A stretch of DNA of 64,000 bases from assembly GCA_964016885.1 (NCBI GenBank), contig OZ024757.1, forward strand, positions 3,038,001 through 3,102,000, given 5' to 3'. Positions 27,221 through 41,900 of the stretch are shown here, piece after piece (within the stretch, counting starts at the first letter, position 1; every line of letters starts with the position of its first letter). Both the position numbers and the translations under genes were made by a program. The notes under the pieces are model-generated. The model did not search any database. It was not told the origin of the DNA and worked only from the letters and a program-made list of their open reading frames with translations. The stretch comes from Eledone cirrhosa. Its lineage: Eukaryota.

Positions 27221-30200
27221 GATCTCTCCATTCAGAGATTCTTTCCTGACACATTCTAGCCACATGTCTGTAGTATCAGAGCTGTGATCTCTCAATTCAG
27301 AGATTCTTTCCTGAGACATACTAACCACATGTCTGTAGTGTCAGAGCTGTGATATCTCAAATCAGAGATTCCTTCCAGAGACATTCTAACCACATGTCTG
27401 TAGTATCAGAGCTGTGATATCCCAATTCAAAGATTCTTTCCTCAGACATTCTAACCAGATGTCTGTAGTATCAGAGCTGTGATCTCTCAATCCACAGATT
27501 CTTTCCAGAGACATTCTAACCACATGACTGTAGTATCAGAGCTGTGATCTCTCAATCCACAGATTCTTTCCAGAGACATTCTAACCACATGACTGTCGTA
27601 TCAGAGCTGTGATCTCTCAATTCAGAGATTCTTTCCTGACACATCCTAACCACATGTCTATAGTATCAGAGCTGTGATCTCTCCATTCAGAGATTCTTTC
27701 CTGACACATTCTAACCACATATCTGGAGTATCAGAGCTGTGATCTCTCAATTCAGAGATTCTTTCCTGAGACATTCTAACCCCATGTCTATAGTATCAGA
27801 GCTGTGATCTCTCAACTCAGAGATTCTTTTCTGAGACATTCTAACCATATGTCTATAGTATCAGAGCTGTGATCTCTCAATTCAGATATTCTTTACTGAG
27901 ACATTCCCGGCACCAATCTGTAGTATCAGCGTTGTGATCTCTCAATTCAGAGATTCTTTCCTGAGACATTCTAACCACATGTCTGTAGTATCAGAGCCTT
28001 GATCTCTCAATTTAGAGATTCTTTCCTGAGACATTCTAACCACATGTCTTCAATATTAGAGCTGTGATCTCTCAATCCACAGATTCTTTCCTGAGACATT
28101 CTAACGCCATATCTATAGTATTAGAGCTGTGAACTCTCAATTCAGAGATTCTTTCCTGAGACATTCTAAACACATGTCTGTAGTATCAGATGTGTGATCT
28201 CTCAATTCAGAGATTCTTTCCTGAGACATTCTAACCACATGTCTGTAGTATCAGAGCTGTGATCTCTCAATCCAGAAATTATTTCTTGAGACGTTCTAAC
28301 CCCATGTCTGTAGTATCAGAGCTGTGATCTCTCAATTCAGAGATTCTTTCCTGCGACATTCTAACCACATATCTGTAGTATCAGAGCTGTGATCTCTTAA
28401 TTCAGAGATTCTTTCCTGAGACATTCTAACCACATGTCTATAGTATCAGAGCTGTTATCTCTCAATTCAGTGATTCTTTCCTGAGACATTCTAAGCACAT
28501 GTCTATAGTATCAGAGCTGTGATCTCTCCATTCAGAAATTATTTCCTGAGACGTTCTAAACACATATCTGTAGTGTCAGAGCTGTCATATCTCAATCCAG
28601 AGATTCTTTCCAGAGACATTCTAAACACATGTCTGTAGTATCAGAGCTGTGATATCCCAATTCAAAGATTCTTTCCTCAGACACTCTAACCAGATGTCTG
28701 TACTATCAGAGCTGTGATCTCTCAATCCACAGATTCTTTCCAGAGACATTCTAACCACCTGACTGTGGTATCAGAGCTGTGATCTCTCAATTCAGAGATT
28801 CTTTCCTGAGACATTCTAAACACAAGTCTATAGTATCAGAACTGTGATCTCTCAATTCAGAGATTCTTTCCTGAGACAATCTAACCACATGTCTGTAGTA
28901 TCAGAGGTGTGATCTCTCAATTCAGAGATTCATTCCTGAGACATTCTAACCACATGTCTGTAGTATCAGAGCTGTGATCTCTCAATCCAGAGATTCTTTC
29001 TTGAGACATTCTAACCACATGACCATAGTATCGGAGCTGTGATCTCTCCATTCAGAGATTCTTTCCTGACACATTCTAGCCACATGTCTGTAGTATCAGA
29101 GCTGTGATCTCTCAATTCAGAGATTCTTTCCTGAGACATACTAACCACATGTCTGTAGTGTCAGAGCTGTGATATCTCAAATCAGAGATTCCTTCCAGAG
29201 ACATTCTAACCACATGTCTGTAGTATCAGAGCTGTGATATCCCAATTCAAAGATTCTTTCCTCAGACATTCTAACCAGATGTCTGTAGTATCAGAGCTGT
29301 GATCTCTCAATCCACAGATTCTTTCCAGAGACATTCTAACCACATGACTGTAGTATCAGAGCTGTGATCTCTCAATCCACAGATTCTTTCCAGAGACATT
29401 CTAACCACATGACTGTCGTATCAGAGCTGTGATCTCTCAATTCAGAGATTCTTTCCTGACACATCCTAACCACATGTCTATAGTATCAGAGCTGTGATCT
29501 CTCCATTCAGAGATTCTTTCCTGACACATTCTAACCACATGTCTGGAGTATCAGAGCTGTGATATCTCAATTCAGAGATTCTTTCCTGAGACATTCTAAC
29601 CCCATGTCTATAGTATCAGAGCTGTGATCTCTCAACTCAGAGATTCTTTTCTGAGACATTCTAACCATATGTGTATAGTATCAGAGCTGTGATCTCTCAA
29701 TTCAGATATTCTTTACTGAGACATTCCCGGCACCAATCTGTAGTATCAGCGTTGTGATCTCTCAATTCAGAGATTCTTTCCTAAGACATTCTAACCACAT
29801 GTCTGTAGTATCAGAGCCTTGATCTCTCAATTTAGAGATTCTTTCCTGAGACATTCTAACCACATGTCTTCAATATTAGAGCTGTGATCTCTCAATCCAC
29901 AGATTCTTTCCTGAGACATTCTAACGCCATATCTATAGTATTAGAGCTGTGAACTCTCAATTCAGAGATTCTTTCCTGAGACATTCTAAACACATGTCTG
30001 TAGTATCAGATGTGTGATCTCTCAATTCAGAGATTCTTTCCTGAGACATTCTAACCACATGTCTGTAGTATCAGAGCTGTGATCTCTCAATCCAGAAATT
30101 ATTTCTTGAGACGTTCTAACCCCATGTCTGTAGTATCAGAGCTGTGATCTCTCAATTCAGAGATTCTTTCCTGCGACATTCTAACCACATATCTGTAGTA

Positions 30201-30860
30201 TCAGAGCTGTGATCTCTTAATTCAGAGATTCTTTCCTGAGACATTCTAACCACATGTCTATAGTATCAGAGCTGTTATCTCTCAATTCAGTGATTCTTTC
30301 CTGAGACATTCTAAGCACATGTCTATAGTATCAGAGCTGTGATCTCTCCATTCAGAAATTATTTCCTGAGACGTTCTAAACACATATCTGTAGTGTCAGA
30401 GCTGTCATATCTCAATCCAGAGATTCTTTCCAGAGACATTCTAAACACATGTCTGTAGTATCAGAGCTGTGATATCCCAATTCAAAGATTCTTTCCTCAG
30501 ACACTCTAACCAGATGTCTGTACTATCAGAGCTGTGATCTCTCAATCCACAGATTCTTTCCAGAGACATTCTAACCACCTGACTGTGTTATCAGAGCTGT
30601 GATCTCTCAATTCAGAGATTCTTTCCTGAGACATTCTAAACACAAGTCTATAGTATCAGAACTGTGATCTCTCAATTCAGAGATTCTTTCCTGAGACAAT
30701 CTAACCACATGTCTGTAGTATCAGAGGTGTGATCTCTCAATTCAGAGATTCATTCCTGAGACATTCTAACCACATGTCTGTAGTATCAGAGCTGTGATCT
30801 CTCAATTCAGAGATTCTTTCTTGAGACATTCTAACCACATGACCATAGTATCGGAGCTGT
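27221..30860 (+). repeat. Recent tandem duplication, 2 x 1820 bp (28 monomers)
   Basis: Private variants at an exact 1820 offset: CTGGAGTA (about 27723/29543), TCAGAGCCTT (27991/29811), ACACTCTAAC (28681/30501). Confidence 0.93.
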
Positions 30861-32130
30861 GATCTCTCAATTCAGAGATTCCTTCCAGAGACATTCTAAC
30901 CACGTGTCTATAGTATCAGAGCTGTGATCTCTCCATTCAGAGATTCTTTCCTGACACATTCTAGCCACATGTCTATAGTATCAAAGCTGTGATCACTCAA
31001 TTCAGAGATTCTTTCCTGAGACATACTAACCACATGTCTGTAGTATCAGAGCCGTGATTTCTCAATTTAGAGATTCTTTCCTGAGACATTCTAACCACAT
31101 ATCTGTAGTGTCAGAGCTGTGATATCTCAAATTAGAGATTCCTTCCAGAGACATTCTAACCACATGACTGTAGTATCAGAGCTGTGATCTCTCAATCCAC
31201 AGATTCTTTCCAGAGACATTCTAACCACATGACTGTCGTATCAGAGCTGTGATCTCTCAATTCAGAGATTCTTTCCTGACACATCCTAACCACATGTCTA
31301 TAGTATCAGAGCTGTGATCTCTCCATTCAGAGATTCTTTCCTGACACATTCTAACCACATGTCTGTAGTATCAGAGCTGTGATCTCTCAATTCAGAGATT
31401 ATTTCCTGAGACAATCTAACCACATGTCTATAGTATCAGAGCTCTGATCTCTCAATTCAGAGATTCTTTCCTGAGACATTCTAAACACATGTCTGTAGTA
31501 TCAGATGTGTGATCTCTCAATTCAGAGATTCTTTGCTGAGACATTCTAACCACATGTCTGTAGTATCAGAGCTGTGATCTCTCAATCCAGAAATTATTTC
31601 TTGAGACGTTGTAACCCCATGTCTGTAGTATCAGAGCTGTGATCTCTCAATTCAGAGATTCTTTCCTGCGACATTCTAACCACATGTCTGTAGTATCAGA
31701 GCTGTGATCTCTTAATTCAGAGATTCTTTCCTGAGACATTCTAACCACATGTCTGTAGTATCAGAGCTGTGATCTCTCAATTTAGAGATTCTTTCCTGAG
31801 ACATTCTAACCACATATCTGTAGTGTCAGAGCTGTGATATCTCAAATTAGAGATTCCTTCCAGAGACATTCTAACCACATGTCTGTAGTATCAGAGCTGT
31901 GATATCCCAATTTAAAGATTCTTTCCTCAGACATTCTAACCAGATGTCTGTAGTATCAGAGCTGTGATCTCTCAATCCACAGATTCTTTCCAGAGACATT
32001 CTAACCACATGACTGTAGTATCAGAGCTGTGATCTCTCAATCCACATATTCTTTCCAGAGACATTCTAACCACATGACTGTCGTATCAGAGCTGTGATCT
32101 CTCAATTCAGAGATTCTTTCCTGACACATC

Positions 32131-35100
32131 CTAACCACATGTCTATAGTATCAGAGCTGTGATCTCTCCATTCAGAGATTCTTTCCTGACACATTCTAAC
32201 CACATGTCTGTAGTATCAGAGCTGTGATCTCTCAATTCAGAGATTCTTTCCTGAGACATTCTAACCCCATGTCTATACTATCAGAGCTGTGATCTCTCAA
32301 CTCAGAGATTCTTTTCTGAGACATTCTAACCACATGTCTATAGTATCAGAGCTGTGATCTCTCAATTCAGATATTCTTTCCTGAGACATTCCCGGCACCA
32401 ATCTGTAGTATCAGCGTTGTGATCTCTCAATTCAGAGATTCTTTCCTGAGACATTCTAACCACATGACTTCAATATTAGAGCTGTGATCTCTCAATCCAC
32501 AGATTCTTTCCTGAGACATTCTAATGCCATATCTATAGTATTAGAGCTGTGAACTCTCAATTCAAAGAATCTTTCCAGAGATGTTCTTACCACATGTCTG
32601 TAGTATCAGAGCTGTGATCTCTCAATTCAGAGATTCTTTCCTGAGACAATCTAACCACATGTCTATAGTATCAAAGCTCTGATCTCTCAATTCAGAGATT
32701 CTTTCCTGAGACATTCTAAACACATGTCTGTAGTATCAGATGTGTGATCTCTCAATTCAGAGATTCTTTGCTGAGACATTCTAACCACATGTCTGTAGTA
32801 TCAGAGCTGTGATCTCTCAATCCAGAAATTATTTCTTGAGACGTTGTAACCCCATGTCTGTAGTATCAGAGCTGTGATCTCTCAATTCAGAGATTCTTTC
32901 CTGCGACATTCTACCCACATGTCTGTAGTATCAGAGCTGTGATCTCTTAATTCAGAGATTCTTTCCTGAGACATTCTAACCACATGTCTATAGTATCAGA
33001 GCTGTGATCTCTCAATTCAGTGATTCTTTCCTGAGACATTCTAAGCACATGTCTATAGTATCAGGGCTGTGATCTCTCCATTCAGAGATTCTTTCCTGAC
33101 ACATTCTAACCACATGTCTGTAGTATCAGAGCTGTGATCTCTCAATTCAGAGATTCTTTCCTGAGACATTCTAACCCCATGTCTATAGTATCAGAGCTAT
33201 GATCTCTCAACTCAGAGATTCTTTTCTGAGACATTCTAACCACATGTCTATAGTATCAGAGCTGTGATCTCTCAATTCAGATATTCTTTCCTGAGACATT
33301 CCCGGCACCAATCTGTAGTATCAGCGTTGTGATCTCTCAATTCAGAGATTCTTTCCTGAGACATTCTAACCACATGTCTGTAGTATCAGAGCTGTGATCT
33401 CTCAATTTAGAGATTCTTTCCTGAGACATTCTAACCACATGTCTTCAATATTAGAGCTGTGATCTCTCAATCCACAGATTCTTTCCTGAGACATTCTAAC
33501 GCCATATCTATAGTATTAGAGCTGTGAACTCTCAATTCAAAGATTCTTTCCAGAGATGTTCTTACCACATGTCTGTAGTATAAGAGCTGTGATCTCTCAA
33601 TTCAGAGATTATTTCCGGAGACAATCTAACCACATGTCTATAGTATCAGAGCTCTGATCTCTCAATTCAGAGATTCTTTCCTGAGACATTCTAACCCCAT
33701 GTCTGTAGTATAAGAGCTGTGATCTCTCAATTCAGAGATTCTTTCCTGCGACATTCTAACCACATGTCTGTAGTATCAGAGCTGTGATCTCTTAATTCAG
33801 AGATTCTTTCCTGAGACATTCTAACCACATGTCTATAGTATCAGAGCTGTGATCTCTCAATTCAGTGATTCTTTCCTGAGACATTCTAAGCACATGTCTA
33901 TAGTATCAGAGCTGTGATCTCTCAATTCAGAAATTATTTCCTGAGACGTTCTAACCACATATCGGTAGTATTAGAGCTGTGATCTCTCAAATCCGAGATT
34001 CTTTCCTGAGACATTCTAACTACATGTCTGTAGTATCAGAGCTGTGATCTCTCAATTTAGAGATTCTTTCCTGAGACATTCTAACCACATATCTGTAGTG
34101 TCAGAGCTGTGATATCTCAATCCAGAGATTCTTTCCAGAGACATTCTAACCACATGTCTATAGTATCAGAGCTGTGATCTCTCCATTCAGAGATTCTTTC
34201 CTGACACATACTAACCACATGTCTGTAGTATCAGAGCTCTGATCTCTCAATTCAGAGTTTCTTTCCTGAGACATTCTAAACACATGTCTATATTATCAGA
34301 GCTGTGATATCTCAATTTAGAGATTCTTTCATGAGACATTCTAAGCACATGTCTATAGTATCAGAGCTGTGATATCCCAATTCAAAGATTCTTTCCTCAG
34401 ACATTCTAACCAGATGTCTGTAGTATCAGAACTGTGATCTCTCAATCCACAGATTCTTTCCAGAGACATTCTAACCACATGACTGTGGTATCAGAGCTGT
34501 GATCTCTCAATTCAGAGATTCTTTCCTGACACATTCTAACCACATGTCTATAGTATCAGAGCTGTGATATCTCAATTCAGAGATTCTTTCCTGAGACATT
34601 CTTACCCCATGTCTATAGTATCAGAGCTGTGATCTCTCAATTCAGATATTCTTTCCTGAGACATTCCCGGCACCAATCAGTAGTATCAGCGTTGTGATCT
34701 CTCAAATCAGAGATTCTTTCCTGAGACATTGTAACCACATGTCTGAAGTATCAGAGCTGTGATCTCTCAATTTAGAGATTCTTTCCTGAGACATTCTAAC
34801 CACATGTCTTCAGTATTAGAGCTGTGATCTCTCAATCCAGAGATTCTTTCCTGAGATATTCTTACCACATGTCTGTAGTATCAGAGCTGTGATCTCTCAA
34901 TTCAGAGATTCTTTCCTGAGACAGTCTAACCGCATGTCTATAGTATCAGATGTGTGATCTCTCAATTCAGAGATTCTTTTCTGAGACATTCTAACCACAT
35001 GTCTGTAGTATCAGAACTGGGATCTCTCAATCCAGAGATTCTTTCTTGAGACGTTCTAACCACATGTCTGTAGTATCAGAGCTGTGATCTCTCAATTCAG

Positions 35101-38100
35101 AGATTCTTTCCAGAGACATTCTAACCACATGACAATATTATCAGAGCTGTGATCTCTCAATTCAGAGATTCTTTCCAGAGACATACTAACCACATGTCTG
35201 TAGTATCAGAGCTCTGATCTCTCAATTCAGAGATTCTTTCCTGAGACATTCTAAACACATGTCTATAGTATCAGAGCTGTGATCTCTCAATTTAGAGATT
35301 CTTTCCTGAGACATTCTAACCACATATCTGTAGTATCAGAGCTGTGATCACTCAATTCAGAGATTCTTTCCTCAGACATTCTAACCACATGTCTATAGTA
35401 GCAGAGCTGTGATCTCTCAATTCAGAGATTATTTTCAGAGATATCCTAACCACATGTCTGTAGTATCAGAACTGTGATATCCCAATTCAGAGATTCTTTC
35501 CAGAGACATTCTAACCACATGTCTATAGTATCAGAGCTGTGATCTCTCCATTCAGAGATTCTTTCCTGACACATTCTAACCACATGTCTGTAGTATCAGA
35601 GCTGTGATCTCTCAATTCAGAGATTCTTTCCTGAGACATTCTAACCCCATGTCTATACTATCAGAGCTGTGATCTCTCAACTCAGAGATTCTTTTCTGAG
35701 ACATTCTAACCACATGTCTATAGTATCAGAGCTGTGATCTCTCAATTCAGATATTCTTTCCTGAGACATTCCCGGCACCAATCTGTAGTATCAGCGTTGT
35801 GATCTCTCAATTCAGAGATTCTTTCCTGAGACATTCTAACCACATGACTTCAATATTAGAGCTGTGATCTCTCAATCCACAGATTCTTTCCTGAGACATT
35901 CTAATGCCATATCTATAGTATTAGAGCTGTGAACTGTCAATTCAAAGAATCTTTCCAGAGATGTTCTTACCACATGTCTGTAGTATCAGAGCTGTGATCT
36001 CTCAATTCAGAGATTCTTTCCTGAGACAATCTAACCACATGTCTATAGTATCAAAGCTCTGATCTCTCAATTCAGAGATTCTTTCCTGAGACATTCTAAA
36101 CACATGTCTGTAGTATCAGATGTGTGATCTCTCAATTCAGAGATTCTTTGCTGAGACATTCTAACCACATGTCTGTAGTATCAGAGCTGTGATCTCTCAA
36201 TCCAGAAATTATTTCTTGAGACGTTGTAACCCCATGTCTGTAGTATCAGAGCTGTGATCTCTCAATTCAGAGATTCTTTCCTGCGACATTCTACCCACAT
36301 GTCTGTAGTATCAGAGCTGTGATCTCTTAATTCAGAGATTCTTTCCTGAGACATTCTAACCACATGTCTATAGTATCAGAGCTGTGATCTCTCAATTCAG
36401 TGATTCTTTCCTGAGACATTCTAAGCACATGTCTATAGTATCAGGGCTGTGATCTCTCCATTCAGAGATTCTTTCCTGACACATTCTAACCACATGTCTG
36501 TAGTATCAGAGCTGTGATCTCTCAATTCAGAGATTCTTTCCTGAGACATTCTAACCCCATGTCTATAGTATCAGAGCTGTGATCTCTCAACTCAGAGATT
36601 CTTTTCTGAGACATTCTAACCACATGTCTATAGTATCAGAGCTGTGATCTCTCAATTCAGATATTCTTTCCTGAGACATTCCCGGCACCAATCTGTAGTA
36701 TCAGCGTTGTGATCTCTCAATTCAGAGATTCTTTCCTGAGACATTCTAACCACATGTCTGTAGTATCAGAGCTGTGATCTCTCAATTTAGAGATTCTTTC
36801 CTGAGACATTCTAACCACATGTCTTCAATATTAGAGCTGTGATCTCTCAATCCACAGATTCTTTCCTGAGACATTCTAACGCCATATCTATAGTATTAGA
36901 GCTGTGAACTCTCAATTCAAAGATTCTTTCCAGAGATGTTCTTACCACATGTCTGTAGTATAAGAGCTGTGATCTCTCAATTCAGAGATTATTTCCGGAG
37001 ACAATCTAACCACATGTCTATAGTATCAGAGCTCTGATCTCTCAATTCAGAGATTCTTTCCTGAGACATTCTAACCCCATGTCTGTAGTATCAGAGCTGT
37101 GATCTCTCAATTCAGAGATTCTTTCCTGCGACATTCTAACCACATGTCTGTAGTATCAGAGCTGTGATCTCTTAATTCAGAGATTCTTTCCTGAGACATT
37201 CTAACCACATGTCTATAGTATCAGAGCTGTGATCTCTCAATTCAGTGATTCTTTCCTGAGACATTCTAAGCACATGTCTATAGTATCAGAGCTGTGATCT
37301 CTCAATTCAGAAATTATTTCCTGAGACGTTCTAACCACATATCGGTAGTATTAGAGCTGTGATCTCTCAAATCCGAGATTCTTTCCTGAGACATTCTAAC
37401 TACATGTCTGTAGTATCAGAGCTGTGATCTCTCAATTTAGAGATTCTTTCCTGAGACATTCTAACCACATATCTGTAGTGTCAGAGCTGTGATATCTCAA
37501 TCCAGAGATTCTTTCCAGAGACATTCTAACCACATGTCTATAGTATCAGAGCTGTGATCTCTCCATTCAGAGATTCTTTCCTGACACATACTAACCACAT
37601 GTCTGTAGTATCAGAGCTCTGATCTCTCAATTCAGAGTTTCTTTCCTGAGACATTCTAAACACATGTCTATATTATCAGAGCTGTGATATCTCAATTTAG
37701 AGATTCTTTCATGAGACATTCTAAGCACATGTCTATAGTATCAGAGCTGTGATATCCCAATTCAAAGATTCTTTCCTCAGACATTCTAACCAGATGTCTG
37801 TAGTATCAGAACTGTGATCTCTCAATCCACAGATTCTTTCCAGAGACATTCTAACCACATGACTGTGGTATCAGAGCTGTGATCTCTCAATTCAGAGATT
37901 CTTTCCTGACACATTCTAACCACATGTCTATAGTATCAGAGCTGTGATATCTCAATTCAGAGATTCTTTCCTGAGACATTCTTACCCCATGTCTATAGTA
38001 TCAGAGCTGTGATCTCTCAATTCAGATATTCTTTCCTGAGACATTCCCGGCACCAATCAGTAGTATCAGCGTTGTGATCTCTCAAATCAGAGATTCTTTC

Positions 38101-38924
38101 CTGAGACATTGTAACCACATGTCTGAAGTATCAGAGCTGTGATCTCTCAATTTAGAGATTCTTTCCTGAGACATTCTAACCACATGTCTTCAGTATTAGA
38201 GCTGTGATCTCTCAATCCAGAGATTCTTTCCTGAGATATTCTTACCACATGTCTGTAGTATCAGAGCTGTGATCTCTCAATTCAGAGATTCTTTCCTGAG
38301 ACAGTCTAACCGCATGTCTATAGTATCAGATGTGTGATCTCTCAATTCAGAGATTCTTTTCTGAGACATTCTAACCACATGTCTGTAGTATCAGAACTGT
38401 GATCTCTCAATCCAGAGATTCTTTCTTGAGACGTTCTAACCACATGTCTGTAGTATCAGAGCTGTGATCTCTCAATTCAGAGATTCTTTCCAGAGACATT
38501 CTAACCACATGACAATATTATCAGAGCTGTGATCTCTCAATTCAGAGATTCTTTCCAGAGACATACTAACCACATGTCTGTAGTATCAGAGTTCTGATCT
38601 CTCAATTCAGAGATTCTTTCCTGAGACATTCTAAACACATGTCTATAGTATCAGAGCTGTGATCTCTCAATTTAGAGATTCTTTCCTGAGACATTCTAAC
38701 CACATATCTGTAGTATCAGAGCTGTGATCACTCAATTCAGAGATTCTTTCCTCAGACATTCTAACCACATGTCTATAGTAGCAGAGCTGTGATCTCTCAA
38801 TTCAGAGATTATTTTCAGAGATATCCTAACCACATGTCTGTAGTATCAGAACTGTGATATCCCAATTCAGAGATTCTTTCCAGAGACATTCTAACCACAT
38901 GTCTATAGTATCAGAGCTGTGATC
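32131..38924 (+). repeat. Recent tandem duplication, 2 x 3380 bp (52 monomers)
   Basis: Private variants at an exact 3380 offset: GTCTATACTA (32271/35651), CTACCCACAT (32911/36291), ATTTCCGGAG (33611/36991), GCAGAGCTGT (35401/38781). About five differences between the copies were seen by eye. Confidence 0.95.
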
Positions 38925-41900
38925 ACTCCATTCAGAGATTCTTTCCTGACACATTCTAACCACATGTCTGTAGTATCAGAGCTGTGATCTCTCAATTCAG
39001 AGATTCTTTCCTGAGACATTCTAACCACAAGTCTATAATATCAGAGCTGTGATCTCTCAATTCAGAGATTCTTTCCTGAGACAATCTAACCACATGTCTG
39101 TAGTATCAGAGGTGTGATCTCTCAATTCAGAGATTCTTTCCAGAGACATTCTAACCACATGACAATATTATCGGAGCTGTGATCTCTTAATTCAGAGATT
39201 CTTTCCAGAGACATACTAACCACATGTCTGTAGTATCAGAGCTCTGATCTCTCAATTCAGAGATTCTTTCCTGAGACATTCTAAACACATGTCTATAGTA
39301 TCAGAGCTGTGATCTCTCAATTCAGAGATTCTTTCCAGAGACATACTAACCACATGTCTGTAGTATCAGAGCTCTGATCTCTCAATTCAGAGATTCTTTC
39401 CTGAGACATTCTAAACACATGTCTATAGTATCAGAGCTGTGATCTCTCAATTTAGAGATTCTTTCCTGAGACATTCTAACCACATATCTGTAGTATCAGA
39501 GCTGTGATCACTCAATTCAGAGATTCTTTCCTCAGACATTCTAACCACATGTCTATAGTAGCAGAGCTGTGATCTCTCAATTCAGAGATTATTTTCAGAG
39601 ACATCCTAACCACATGTCTGTAGTATCAGAACTGTGATATCCCAATTCAGAGATTCTTTCCAGAGACATTCTAACCCCATGTCTATAGTATCAGAGCTGT
39701 GATCACTCCATTCAGAGATTCTTTCCTGACACATTCTAACCACATGTCTGTAGTATCAGAGCTGTGATCTCTCAATTCAGAGATTCTTTTCTCAGACATT
39801 CTAACCACATTTCTATAGCATCAGAGCTGTGATCTCCCAATTCAGAGATTCTTTCCTGAGACATTCTAACCACATGTCTGTAGTATCAGAGCTGTGATCT
39901 TTCAATTTAGAGATTCTTTCCTGAGACATTCTAACGACATGTCTTCAGTATTAGAGCTGTGATCTCTCAATCCAGAGATTCTTTCCTGAGACATTCTAAC
40001 CACATATCTATAGTATTAGAGCTGTGATCTCTCATTTCAAAGATTCTTTCCAGAGATATTCTTACCACATGTCTGTAGTATCAGAGCTGTGATCTCTCAA
40101 TTCAGAGATTCTTTCCTGAGACATTCTAACCACAAGTCTATAATATCAGAGCTGTGATCTCTCAATTCAGACATTCTTTCCTGAGACAATCTAACCACAT
40201 GTCTGTAGTATGAGAGGTGTGATCTCTCAATTCAGTGATTCGTTCCTGAGACGTTCTAACCACATGTCTGTAGTATCAGAGCTGTGATCTCTCAATCTAG
40301 AGATTCTTTCTTGAGACATTCTAACCACATGTCTGTAGTATCAGAGCTGTGATCTCTCAATTCAGAGATTCTTTCCTGCGACATTCTAACCACATGTCTA
40401 TAGTATCGGAGCTGTGATCTCTCCATTCAGAGATTCCTTCCAGAGACATTCTAACCACATGTCTATAGTATCAGAGCTGTGATCTCTCAATTCAGAGATT
40501 CTTTCCTGAGACATTCTAACCACATGTCTATAGTATCGGAGCTGTGATCTCTCCATTCAGAGATTCTTTCCTGACACATTCTAACCACATGTCTGTAGTA
40601 TCAGAGCTGTGATCTCTCAATTCAGAGATTCTTTCCTGAGACATACTAACCACATGTCTGTAGTATCAGAGCTGTGATCTCTCAATTCAGAGTTTCTTTC
40701 CTGAGACAATGTAAACACATGTCTATATTATCAGAGCTGTGATATCTCAATTCAGAGATTCTTTCCTGAGACATTCTAAGCACATGTCTATAGTATCAGA
40801 GCTGTGATCTCTCAATTCAGAAATTCTTTCCTGAGACGTTCTAACCACATATCGGTAGTATCAGAGCTGTGATCTCTCAAATCCGAGATTCTTTCCTGAG
40901 ACATTCTAACTACATGTCTGTAGTATCAGAGCTGTGATATCCCAATTCAAAGATTCTTTCCTCAGACATTCTAACCAGATGTCTGTAGTATCAGAGCTGT
41001 GATCTCTCAATCCACAGATTCTTTCCAGAGACATTCTAACCACATGACTGTGGCATCAGAGCTGTGATCTCTCAATTCAGAGATTCTTTCCTGACACATC
41101 CGAACCACATGTCTATAGTATCAGAGCTGTGATCTCTCCATTCAGAGATTCTTTCCTGACACATTCTAACCACATGTCTATAGTATCAGAGCTGTGATCT
41201 CTCAATTTAGAGATTCTTTCCTGAGACATTCTAACCACATGTCTTCAGTATTAGAGCTGTGATCTCTCAATCCAGAGATTCTTTCCTGAGACATTCTAAC
41301 GCCATATCTATAGTATTAGAGCTGTGATCTCTCAATTCAAAGATTCTTTCCAGAGATGTTCTTACCACATGTCTGTAGTATCAGAGCTGTGATCTTTCAA
41401 TTCAGAGATTCTTTCCTGAGACAATCTAACCACATGTCTATAGTATCAGAGCTCTGATCTCTCAATTCAGAGATTCTTTCCTGAGACATTCTAACCACAT
41501 TTCTGTAGTATCAGAGCTGTGATCTCTCAATCCAGAAATTATTTCTTGAGACGTTCTAACCACATGTCTGTAGTATCAGAGGTGTGATCTCTCAATTCAG
41601 TGATTCATTCCTGAGACATTCTAACCACATGACTGTCGTATCAGAGCTGTGATCTCTCAATCCAGAGATTCTTTCTTGAGACATTCTAACCACATGTCTG
41701 TAGTATCAGAGCTGTGATCTCTCAATTCAGAGATTCTTTCCTGCGACATTCTAACCACATGTCTATAGTATCGGAGCTGTGATCTCTCCACTCAGAGATT
41801 CTTTCCTGACACATTCTAACCACATGTCTGTAGTATCAGAGCTGTGATCTCTCAATTCAGAGATTCTTTCCTGAGACATACTAACCACATGTCTGTAGTA

